Of a DNA stretch of 64,000 nt, positions 28,953 through 38,311 are shown piece after piece (position 1 is the first letter of the stretch; each line of letters opens with the position of its first letter). Origin of the DNA: a virus; IMG/VR virus record IMGVR_UViG_3300031455_000001, positions 91,346 to 155,345 of that record. One strand, written 5' to 3'. The notes under the pieces were generated by a model, which was not told the origin of the DNA, searched no databases, and worked only from the letters and a program-made list of their open reading frames with translations. The position numbers and the translations under genes were made by a program.

Positions 28953-30231
28953 TGGCTATTTGATGAGACAAGGGAGAATGACAATGAAAATGAGAGAAAA
29001 TAACAAGAAGTATTTAGTTGATACAAATGAGCTTTTTAGAAATCCTAATGTGATTGTTGATCACAATGTGGTTATTACATCCCATGTATTGAGAGAAGTT
29101 GAACATTTAGAGTTAACCAAAAAACAGGATAGGGTTTTACAATATCAAATTAGAAGATTTAAAAAAATATTAGATAAACATGACCATGTCCTCTACGATT
29201 TAAAGGATTATGAATTTAATCTAAGAGATGATTGGGACGGGAAATATGTTGATAATATCTTAATACAGGTTATGCTTGAGAACGATTTTGGCTTAATCTC
29301 TAATGATAGATTATTAAGAGAAAAAGCTAGGCTTTACGGTATTGAAATTTTAGAAACAGATTTTAGTGATTATAGTGATTTTGAATATAAAGGATATGTC
29401 GAAGTAGAGATGTCCAGAGATGAATTTTCAGAATTTCATGATAATCGATTGGATAAAAATGAGTTTGAGTTATTGGTCAATCAGTATTTAATAATTCTAG
29501 ATCCAGAAACTAAAGATCCATATGTAGCTCTCAAGTTCGATGGGGAATTTTATATATCAATCAAAGAAAAGGTAATTGACTCATATAGAATTGGAAAATT
29601 TAAAGCAAAAGATTTGTATCAAGCTTGTGTTATTGACTCCTTGATAAACAATAAGATTACCCTAATAAGAGGTAAGGCTGGAACAGCAAAAACTTTAAGT
29701 GCAATGACTTACGCATTGCAACAAATAGAAAAAGGAAAGCATAATAAGCTTGTAGTGTTTAGTAATAGTTTACCAACAAAAGGTGCGGTGTTTCTAGGCA
29801 TGAACAAAGGTAGTCTTAAAGATAAATTACTTCAAGTTTCTATTGGTCATATATTAGCCAGTAAAATTGGTAGTTATGATGAAGTTGAAGCTATGATGTT
29901 AACGGAAGAGCTTTTGGTTTTACCTATGAGTGATATTCGTGGCTTTGATACTACTGGTATGAATGCAGTAATACTTATTACAGAGGCTCAAAACTTAGAT
30001 AGAGAACTGATGAAGTTAGCCATTCAGCGTGTGGGTGAAGATTGTAAGATGATTATTGAAGGAGATAATAAAACTCAACTAGATTCTGAATTATTTGAAG
30101 GCGACAACAATGGTATGAATGCTGTCAGTAATGTTTTTAAAGGTCATGATTATTATGGTGAAGTAGAACTTAAAAATATTTACAGAAGTGAGATTGCTAG
30201 GATGGCTGAGTTGTTGACTCAAGATGAGTAA
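28930..30231 (+). CDS. phoH: PIN-PhoH (PhoH2-type) protein
   Basis: PIN motifs VDTN and SND..LR; GKAGTAKT, IRGFD, EAQN, GDNKTQ, RSEIA. Confidence 0.85.
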   Translation: MVLKISSNGYLMRQGRMTMKMRENNKKYLVDTNELFRNPNVIVDHNVVITSHVLREVEHLELTKKQDRVLQYQIRRFKKILDKHDHVLYDLKDYEFNLRDDWDGKYVDNILIQVMLENDFGLISNDRLLREKARLYGIEILETDFSDYSDFEYKGYVEVEMSRDEFSEFHDNRLDKNEFELLVNQYLIILDPETKDPYVALKFDGEFYISIKEKVIDSYRIGKFKAKDLYQACVIDSLINNKITLIRGKAGTAKTLSAMTYALQQIEKGKHNKLVVFSNSLPTKGAVFLGMNKGSLKDKLLQVSIGHILASKIGSYDEVEAMMLTEELLVLPMSDIRGFDTTGMNAVILITEAQNLDRELMKLAIQRVGEDCKMIIEGDNKTQLDSELFEGDNNGMNAVSNVFKGHDYYGEVELKNIYRSEIARMAELLTQDE

Positions 30232-30234
30232 ACG

Positions 30235-31026
30235 TTGCTGAATGATGATTGCAAAGTTAAAATAAGGTGGAGTTATAAAAATAAATCTTTATATGAGTTA
30301 GCAGGATACTTTTTTACTGCTATTGGAGATGAGTTATATATCTATCCTAGCGAACTAACAAAAGGTAGTAGTATTAGGGTTAACTATACATGCGACAACT
30401 GTGGTAAAAGTGTTGATTTAAAATATAGAGATTATATAAAGAAAGATAAAAGAAATGGTGACATCTGCAATCAGTGTAGTTACATAGTAAACAAAAGAAC
30501 ACCTCCCAAGAAAGTAGAAGATATTATTTTTGAAATAGAGAAGAGTAGCAATTGTGTTTTCATTGGAAACAAAGAAGAATATAAGGATGCAAATTCATCT
30601 ATCACTCTTAAGTGTATATGCGGAGAGATATTTATTACTACTACCTTGCTATTCAGACACGAAGATAAAAAACAATGTGATATCTGTGGGTTAAAACTTA
30701 GAATAGGAGAAAACCACTACAATTGGAGAGGTGGTGTAACTTCTGAAAATTACAGAGCCAGAGCGACATCCAAGTATCACAAATGGAGAGATGGTATTTA
30801 TAAAAGAGATAATTATACTTGTAAAAAATGTGGAGATAAAAAAGGTGGGAATCTTGAAGCTCATCATATTTTAAATTTCTCAGATCATATAGATATCAGA
30901 TACGATCTAGACAATGGTATAACTCTGTGTAAAGATTGCCATAGCAAAGGAGATAAGTCATTTCACAGTATTTATGGCACTCATAACAATACAAAAGAAC
31001 AATTAGAAGAATTTTTAAAAATATAA
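30235..31026 (+). CDS. HNH homing endonuclease with zinc-ribbon repeats
   Basis: RDNYTCKKC...LEAHHI...NGITLCKDCH. Confidence 0.85.
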   Translation: MLNDDCKVKIRWSYKNKSLYELAGYFFTAIGDELYIYPSELTKGSSIRVNYTCDNCGKSVDLKYRDYIKKDKRNGDICNQCSYIVNKRTPPKKVEDIIFEIEKSSNCVFIGNKEEYKDANSSITLKCICGEIFITTTLLFRHEDKKQCDICGLKLRIGENHYNWRGGVTSENYRARATSKYHKWRDGIYKRDNYTCKKCGDKKGGNLEAHHILNFSDHIDIRYDLDNGITLCKDCHSKGDKSFHSIYGTHNNTKEQLEEFLKI

Positions 31027-31035
31027 CATTAACTG

Positions 31036-31213
31036 TTGACAACAACAAAATATTATGGTATAATTAGTTTATGAGTTAGGGAAGACCTCTAAAACTCCCG
31101 ACAAATAAATGGGTGCGCTTCAATGGCGGGGATGATTAGTTGACTACTAATCATCCCAAATTAAAAAGAATGTAAGATAGGCATTTGACAAGTGTAACAA
31201 ATTATGATATAAT
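31036..31213 (+). promoter_or_regulatory. Two tandem consensus sigma-A promoters for the RNA cluster
   Basis: TTGACA-17-TATAAT at 31036-31064 and 31185-31213. Confidence 0.75.
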
Positions 31214-31252
31214 ATGATTACATGTTAAATACTTAATCTATAATCATATTAA

Positions 31253-31324
31253 GTGGATGTAGGCTAGTGGTAAGTCGCTCGGTTTGGGGTCGAGAAATCG
31301 CAGGTTCAAATCCTGCCATCCGCA
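31253..31324 (+). tRNA. tRNA-Pro(UGG)
   Basis: Acceptor GTGGATG/CATCCGC; anticodon arm CTCGG-TTTGGGG-TCGAG; GTTCAAATC T-loop. Confidence 0.9.
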
Positions 31325-31329
31325 TTGGT

Positions 31330-31700
31330 TCTCACACCATAATAAGTGATTGTTTGGCTCAGATGTATTGGTGTAGGGGTTTGCTCCACGTTAAAAAAAT
31401 AAAGCCCATAGTATTCGAGATGTGATGTCTCAACCTTTAGAGAGTTTGGCTGTTGTCTCTGGCTAATAATACAACAGAAAATATAATGCATAGCCAAAGA
31501 CCAAGTGGGCGTGTCAAGTTATTGTAACTTGCTAAAGGTCAAAAATATATCTTACCACCCCTACCTATTGACATGGGTGAGTCGAAAAGTGGGGTTAAAA
31601 GAATGATAGGTGAGCTAAAGATTAAGCTACATTAAAAAAGAATGTCACTTTTTGTAGCACAGGATTCGAACCTGTAACATTGCCTATCCTGCTGATATTG
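31330..31700 (+). ncRNA. Candidate structured ncRNA
   Basis: Stems GTAGGGG/CCCCTAC, TTTGGCT/AGCCAAA, ACCTTTAG/CTAAAGGT crossing GCCCA/TGGGC. Confidence 0.4.
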
Positions 31701-31891
31701 ACTTCGTGGTTATAGATATTGGCGATTGATTTTATAAAAAGACAGTTTTATCTAAAGTCAAGGTATCTTGGATAGAGCCTACGATAAATTTCTGGTTAGT
31801 GCTTGTTAATTCTAAAGCCCTTTTCCTCACACCGATATTGCAACGGTAAAAGCACTGTAGAAAAGTGAGGATTCAATTCGTAGGTTCTATC

Positions 31892-31963
31892 CAAGGTGTG
31901 GCGTAATGGTTAACGCGGTAGACTGTGAATCTACTAATGAGAGTTCGATTCTCTCCATCTTGA
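31892..31963 (+). tRNA. tRNA-His(GUG), lacking G-1/C73
   Basis: Acceptor CAAGGTG/CATCTTG; GTAGA-CTGTGAA-TCTAC; GTTCGATTC. Confidence 0.85.
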
Positions 31964-31969
31964 CTTAAT

Positions 31970-32042
31970 GGATCTTTAGCATAATGGCTAATGCCCTCAT
32001 CTCATAAATGAGCTTATGCTAGTTCGAATCTAGCAAGATCCA
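31970..32042 (+). tRNA. tRNA with CAU anticodon (probably Ile2, otherwise elongator Met)
   Basis: Paired G1:C72 acceptor GGATCTT/AAGATCC; CTCAT-CTCATAA-ATGAG. Confidence 0.85.
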
Positions 32043-32290
32043 CTTCTACCTACCTTGTCGAAAGATAACTAGATGGGCTTCGCTGTGGGAGCGCTGTGAG
32101 ATGTTGGCTAGGCAACTAACCCTAGATACTCATTTCAGACTTCGGGCGCTGGGCGCTGGACAGTTGGCAGGCAACAGAAAAACTTGTGCAAGACTCACTT
32201 CGGAGAAATAACGACACAGAAGATGGCGAGATAGGTACGCATAAGTCCAACGAGGAGACATTTCTTCGTTTGTTATCAATTGATACTTAT

Positions 32291-32362
32291 GGGAGAGTAG
32301 CTGAGATGGATTAGCGAAGGACTGAAAATCCTTAGAGAGTGGATCGTTACCATTTTCTCCCA
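32291..32362 (+). tRNA. tRNA-Phe(GAA)
   Basis: GGGAGAG/TTCTCCC; AAGGA-CTGAAAA-TCCTT; atypical T-loop ATCGTTA. Confidence 0.8.
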
Positions 32363-32379
32363 CTAGGCGACTCGCTACC

Positions 32380-32701
32380 TCAAGTGCGATAAAAGTGCTG
32401 GATAGGTTGATGTTTCGACTTTCAGCAGGGTCTTACTGGTGTGTTAGACCCTAATAAAAAGACACAGACCAACAAGAAAGTCATTGCACATTGTAGCGAA
32501 GTTAGATGGTTGATAACTACAATGAAATACAACCATCGACTTATACTTAATCACATCTCATCTGCAATGTGGGTTGTGATAAATTCCTTGTGTAGCCTTA
32601 CCATTTCTGATGTAGGATCGGTGGTAAAAGTGAAAGATAGATCCTACGCTGATCGCACTTGATACAAGGTTTGAGTGTGATCTAAATTAATTTTTCTATC
32701 C
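32380..32701 (+). ncRNA. Candidate multi-pseudoknot ncRNA
   Basis: Three H-type pseudoknots enclosed by an 11-bp helix 32380-32390/32652-32662. Confidence 0.55.
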
Positions 32702-32967
32702 TTCTGCAAGCCATGCGTGGTGTCATCGACAGAGATGTTAAAGCAGATTAAAATTTTGGAGATATGGAGTTCATGACAGGTTCAAATATCTTACTTATTA
32801 TTTTAAAATACCGTCAGTACCACCTGTATCTGGTCTATGATCGAAAACTGACAACCGCAAGCGTCCTCCATACTTAATATATGGTGATACACCAGACAAG
32901 AATCGATAAAAAGTCGAGGGTGTTTGCAAGCTAGGTTGGTTCTTGGTATGAGCCTAGCTATTATAAT

Positions 32968-33042
32968 GTGGGATTGGTCTAATGGCTATGATTCCTGTTT
33001 TCCAAACAGGCGATGAGGTTTCGACTACCTCATCCCACACCA
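32968..33042 (+). tRNA. tRNA-Gly(UCC) with encoded CCA
   Basis: GTGGGAT/ATCCCAC-ACCA; CCTGT-TTTCCAA-ACAGG. Confidence 0.9.
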
Positions 33043-33071
33043 TAAATATAAATATAAATGAGTTGTTTAAA

Positions 33072-33087
33072 TGTTTCACGTGAAACA
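33072..33087. other. parS site
   Basis: TGTTTCACGTGAAACA. Confidence 0.9.
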
Positions 33088-33165
33088 ATTTTATTTTTAG
33101 CTTCACAAATGGAACAAATTGTAATACATAAAATATTGATTCAAAGAGCAAAAAGGGGATATCCA

Positions 33166-33525
33166 ATGAAATCACGTAGAGAACGAAGAGCAGAAGCAAG
33201 AAAAAACAAAGTACCATTCGAGCCTCAATATTCTTCTGGTACAAGAAAATCTCCAGTAGAAGTTAAGGAAAAAGAAGATGGTGGATTTGAAGTTGTTGGT
33301 GGAGAAACCTATACAGTAGGTGGAGAACCTAAGTCTTATGAAGAAATGTATGGCGCAGGCTATGAGCGATTCAATGATAAGCACGTAACTATTAAAGAAG
33401 TAGAAGTATCGGTATCAGAAGATGCTGAAATTAAACTAGAAGAATTGATTAAAGCTACAGAAGGCAAAGAAAATCCTCACTTGGATCAAGACTTTGGGAA
33501 ACCAGAAGGCAAAGAGCTTTTATAA
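33166..33525 (+). CDS. Hypothetical protein (start MKSRRERR)
   Basis: AAGGGG RBS before the internal ATG of ORF 33058-33525. Confidence 0.6.
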   Translation: MKSRRERRAEARKNKVPFEPQYSSGTRKSPVEVKEKEDGGFEVVGGETYTVGGEPKSYEEMYGAGYERFNDKHVTIKEVEVSVSEDAEIKLEELIKATEGKENPHLDQDFGKPEGKELL

Positions 33526-33620
33526 TAGATTAATTCTCGTTTAGGCGAGTGGTCGGGAAGACATTACGAGTCAAGGGCTAAAGCCTTTGGCTTGTTTGTG
33601 TTAAAAAAGGAGAGAATGAA

Positions 33621-34847
33621 TTGAGGTCTTTTAAGAATAAAGATGGAGAAAAGGTAGAAGTAACAGAAGATCATTTAAAGACGGCAATCAAAATCAAAAA
33701 AGAACTTCAAAGACTGTCACCATCAGGAAAGGCGTCTTGGGTTAAACTAGTGAGGATGATGGAGTCAGAAGGATTTTATGATGCTTGCAACAATGAGTCG
33801 TACAGATGTATGATTAAAAGTCACCAGAAATCCATTGGTGAGCTACCAGAAGTCGCCAAACATGCTGAAATGGTTTCAGATAATAAGTTACAGTCAATTA
33901 AAGAAGCTGTAGGAGAAATGGCATACGCAAAGCGTGATGCGCAAAATGAGTATAGAAATCTTAGTAAGTTGAGAAGAGAAGTTATTGACACAGCTCTCTT
34001 TATAGAAGAAGTAAAAAGTGAATTGAGCAACTTGAATTTTGATAATATATCATTTAGCTACGACAGACTAGAAGAGACAGAGAATGCAATGACAGTTATG
34101 ATGACTGATTGGCACATTGGATTAAGAACATCTAACTACAACTATAGTATAGCATTGGATAGAGTGAAAAGCTATGCACAAAAAATTATACACTATGCTA
34201 AATTATTCAATATTACAGAAGTGAATGTCTTAGGTATAGGAGACTTAGTGGAGGGTGGTTATCTTCGACCACAGCAAGCGTTTGACATTGAATTTACATA
34301 TAGTGAGCAAATAATAAAAGCGACAGAGATTGTTAATGCTTTTCTAATTATGCTATCCGAAGAGTTGAATGTAGTCTATTTGGGTAGCGTTCTAGGCAAT
34401 CATAGCAGAATGTATGATAAAGGAGCTACCATATCTGGTGATAGTGCAGAAAATATTGTAGACGCAACAGTTAAATCATTTATAAATTTATTAGGAAACA
34501 AAAGGATATCTATAGATGATAAGAAGGTCACTAATTATGATATAGTATTTGAATTAAATAACAAAAAAATAAAAGCTGTACATGGAGATTTGTTAAGAAA
34601 ATCATCCAATGAAAAAATAGTAAAATTTATATCGTCAGACAATGAGTTTTATGACTTATTATTGTATGGACATTTTCATCATACAGACTACAAGGAAGAA
34701 AATCACGGTAGAATGTCTATAGGCGCAGGATGCTTACAGGGCACAACTGATTATAGTAAGCAACTTGGATATGACACTCTACCCTCTCAAACAATAATTA
34801 TATTAGAGGGAGAAAGTATTATTCCAATAAGAATTGTTTTGGTGTGA
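33621..34847 (+). CDS. Calcineurin-like metallophosphoesterase (SPbeta YonJ-like)
   Basis: DWH, GDLVEG, GNH, HGD and GHFH motifs. Confidence 0.85.
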   Translation: MRSFKNKDGEKVEVTEDHLKTAIKIKKELQRLSPSGKASWVKLVRMMESEGFYDACNNESYRCMIKSHQKSIGELPEVAKHAEMVSDNKLQSIKEAVGEMAYAKRDAQNEYRNLSKLRREVIDTALFIEEVKSELSNLNFDNISFSYDRLEETENAMTVMMTDWHIGLRTSNYNYSIALDRVKSYAQKIIHYAKLFNITEVNVLGIGDLVEGGYLRPQQAFDIEFTYSEQIIKATEIVNAFLIMLSEELNVVYLGSVLGNHSRMYDKGATISGDSAENIVDATVKSFINLLGNKRISIDDKKVTNYDIVFELNNKKIKAVHGDLLRKSSNEKIVKFISSDNEFYDLLLYGHFHHTDYKEENHGRMSIGAGCLQGTTDYSKQLGYDTLPSQTIIILEGESIIPIRIVLV

Positions 34848-34852
34848 TATAA

Positions 34853-35002
34853 ATGCCAAAAAAATTAACTTGCAAAGAGTTTTCTGAAAGAATAAAAGAG
34901 AAATATGGAGATAATGATATACCTATGTTGATTATACCATTTTACGAGATCGAAAATATTGATCGTATTTTGATGGATTTTATCAATTCAAATACAGGTT
35001 AA
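34853..35002 (+). pseudogene. Internally deleted homing-endonuclease remnant
   Basis: N-terminus MPKKLTCKEFSERIKEKYG fused directly to a C-terminal IPMLIIPFYEIENIDRIL. Confidence 0.45.
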
Positions 35003-35171
35003 AACTATAATTTTATACAAAAGGTTACAAAAGTGAGTCCATAAGGCTATTTATTATGAAGAGGATTATTTAAAAAGAGCATTGAATGAGACATTTAACC
35101 GTAACTCTCCCTTCGGTTAGATGTTTCACAATGCTCTTTTTTGTTTTTTAACATTTCAGGAAGTGAATATA

Positions 35172-36176
35172 ATGAACCCAAGAAGAAAGACTAAAGAAGA
35201 AATACCTAAGAAAAAATGTACCAACGAGAGTTGCGAAAGAGTAAGAAGCTACACTTTCTTTTATAAAGTAGACAGTCCTATATTTCCAGATGGAATGCTC
35301 AACATATGTAGAGATTGTGTGAGAGATCAAGTAGACATAGAAGATATGGATTCAATTATAGGTTTCCTTAGACAGATCGACAAACCCTTTCATCAAAAGG
35401 AATGGGATAATGCTTTAAAAGCAAAAGGGCATCCTATTGGTGTTTATTTATCTAAGATCAATTCTTTAGTGCAGTATAAGGGTGAAACTTTCAATAACAG
35501 TGATGGATTCAATGGCTTTGGAAAAATTGATTTATCATCTGCTAAAACAAAGGATGAGATCCTTAATTTAAAAGGAGAAAAAATATTTTATTCAGATGAA
35601 CTAGTAGACAAGTGGGGCATCGGATATAAAAAAGAAGAATATCTTAAGATGGAGAAATTCTATCAAGATATGAGATTTACACACGAAATAAATACACCAG
35701 TACATATAGGAAAGTTAATGGAATTAGCTTATCTGCAAATAGAATTAACAAGATTGAGAAAAGAAAGAGCTATCTCTGATTATACAAAGTTAGCGTCTAC
35801 CATTGACAAAATGGAGCAATCATCTGGATTTAGACCTGTTGACCGACAGGGTTTGGATGATGCCACTGGAATGAGAAGCTTTTCTCAGATCTTTGAAGAG
35901 GTTGAAAAAAGAGGATTCAGAATGCCTCCAGTGGTAGAGATTGAAAGAGACATTGTGGATGCAATGATAGTTTCTCTGGGAAATTACTACAATAGAATAG
36001 TTGGCAGGCAGATTCTTGCCGAGATACCAGATGAAATAAAAGAAGAACTTGATGAGTTTTATGAACTAGATGAAACTCCAGTCGAGATAAATGATGAAGA
36101 ATACGAATATTTAGACTTCGGACTGGAAGAAGATTTAGAGCCAGATGAAAATCAAGACAAAGATGAAGATGCATAA
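35172..36176 (+). CDS. Putative terminase small subunit / packaging protein with N-terminal zinc motif
   Basis: Position directly upstream of terL; Cys motif KKC...C...FY...ICRDC; acidic tail. Confidence 0.55.
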   Translation: MNPRRKTKEEIPKKKCTNESCERVRSYTFFYKVDSPIFPDGMLNICRDCVRDQVDIEDMDSIIGFLRQIDKPFHQKEWDNALKAKGHPIGVYLSKINSLVQYKGETFNNSDGFNGFGKIDLSSAKTKDEILNLKGEKIFYSDELVDKWGIGYKKEEYLKMEKFYQDMRFTHEINTPVHIGKLMELAYLQIELTRLRKERAISDYTKLASTIDKMEQSSGFRPVDRQGLDDATGMRSFSQIFEEVEKRGFRMPPVVEIERDIVDAMIVSLGNYYNRIVGRQILAEIPDEIKEELDEFYELDETPVEINDEEYEYLDFGLEEDLEPDENQDKDEDA

Positions 36177-36216
36177 TAGTTGACTAATAGCAAGACTGAA
36201 AGGTGGTGATGCTAAT

Positions 36217-38295
36217 ATGTCTTCTAAGTGGAAAAGTTTTGATGATTTAGAAAATATAAAGGGTACAAATTCAAATAAGAATATAAGTGAAATGCTTCCA
36301 GAGTTCGCTGAGATGCTTTCTTATTTTCAAGTTTACCCAGATAGATTTATTGATTACATACTCCCAGAGGATAGCACGTTTAAACTATATCCTTTTCAGC
36401 GAGTATTTCTAAGAATCATGGCTCGATACAAGAAGATTTATTAGTACATCACCGCGACACGGGGAACTTCTAAATCTTTCTTGAATATATTATCAATGTA
36501 TTTGAAATGTATATTCTTCCCTAATATAAAACTGTCGTTAGTTGCTCCACAAAAGGATCAGGCAAGTCAAATTGCTCAGCAAAATATTGAGCAAATTTGG
36601 AACTTTATGCCCCTGTTGCAGAAAGAAATCAAACCAAAAGGAATGACATTTGCAAAGGATTATACTCGTCTTAAGTTTTTAAATGGCAGTATCCTTGACA
36701 TTGTTGTTGCCTCACAAGGTTCGCGTGGACTTCGTAGGCACGGATTATCATTCGAAGAAATCTGCCAGATGGAAAAACATAGAGAAGTGATTGGCGAGGT
36801 TTTACTACCATTACTAGCTAATAATCGCAAAGGTGCAGATGGTAAAGTTTCAAAGCACGAAATACATAAACAATTAATGTACGTAAAATAAATGCGTCAA
36901 TATATAGTGATATATATTAGAAATCTTGTGAATTGCTAAAAACTCCTTATTGTTTTATATACTACAACGTAACTAGAAATAGTAGGCGTGAATGTTTAAA
37001 AAATATAAAAATCGGACAATCAGCATCCAATCCCCTAAGTTTTATTAGATAAGGGGCAGGTTCAACGACTATTCCAGACATGGAAGTAGGTGTTAAGTAA
37101 CACCGAAGCACAAGACTCTTAAATCATATTTAAGATGAAGATATAGTCTAATCTTATGGGAAACCATAAGCAGTTCTTAGAGAACGGTGCAGTGCTAACG
37201 ACACTGTGCGAATATAAATGAACAACAGCTTCCTCACGACAGTCTTATGCGTGGGAACAATTATATAGTGTCATGCTAGACATGGCAAGAGGTAAAAGCG
37301 CATTTGTTGTCGGAAACGACTTCACATTGCCAGTAATGTTTGAACAATTAGATCCAGATTATATAGATGAGGTTAAGAATGATCCAAGTATGAGTCCACT
37401 GCAATTTGCAAGAGAATACGTGTCCGTCTGGACAGGTAGTAGTGAGAATAGCTTGGTTCAACTTAAAGATCTAGAGAAGTGTCGAGTCCTTACAAAAGCA
37501 GAGTTCAGTGCAGTTAAAAAAGGTGATCATAAATATGTCATATCCGTAGATGTTGCTCGTTCTGAAAGAAAAAAATCAGCAACTACTGCAATTGCGATAT
37601 TTAAAATTTCACCAAGAGGTAATGGAACTTATTACAAACAGCTTGTAAATCTGCACACATATAAAGGAAATATGCATTTTGAAGATCAATCTATATATAT
37701 AAAAGATTTAGTCGAGAAATATGGTGCATCAATGGTATGTGTTGATGGTAACGGTCTTGGTAGAGGTCTTATTGATTATCTTGTGAAAGAAGATAAATAC
37801 AGATCTTATTCAGTTGTTAACGATGATAGTTATGACAAGTATAAGCTTCCAAATTCATTGCCATTGATTTTTAATGTAATGTCAAATACTAAGCAGACAA
37901 ATTCATCTGATATCCATAATAATTTCATGGCTGTTATTTCAAATCATAATTTAAAACTACTCATCTCTGATTCAATTATGAAAGAGAAGATTAAAGGTAG
38001 GACTCAAGAAGATAAAATGGAGAAATTGGAGAAGCTTGCAGAAGAATTGGCTCCCCACATTGAAACTGGATATTTTGTTGATGAAGTTATGAATTTGATA
38101 TATGTAGCAGAAGGAAATAGAACTAAAGTTAAACAGGTTTCTAGAAATATGGACAAGGATAGATATTCAGCAGTGTCCTATGGATTGTGGTACATCTATT
38201 TAGAAGAAGAAAAGAATCAACAAAGAAAGAAACAAACTTTTAATGCTAGAGGAATGATGGCTGTTAAGAAAGCCAAGAATAAAGTTTTCAGTTAA
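36217..38295 (+). CDS. terL: Terminase large subunit; segments 36217-36438, 36445-36884 and 37221-38295 join to ~578 aa
   Basis: LYPFQ, Walker A ATRGTSKS, RGLR, Walker B FEE, coupling motif VTTAS restored by splicing, nuclease motifs SVDVA and KDRYSA. Confidence 0.9.
36885..37220 (+). mobile_element. Group I intron in terL (no ORF)
   Basis: P1 ACGT/GCGT with U-G at the 5' splice site; AATTGCT...AATCAGCAT, TTCAACGACTA and AAGATATAGTC core motifs; terminal G; removal gives YVTTASSRQ in frame. Confidence 0.92.
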
Positions 38296-38311
38296 CAGGA
38301 GGTGAATTTGA

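Noticed and set aside
31655-31676. Minus-strand tRNA (ACAGGTTCGAATCCTGT T-arm)
   Set aside because: No matching acceptor, D or anticodon arms
36217-36444. Genome-wide TAG reassignment (alternative genetic code)
   Set aside because: TAG ends many apparently complete genes (e.g. 18884, 20421, 23564, 60910), other long genes are uninterrupted, and there is no CUA tRNA in the window
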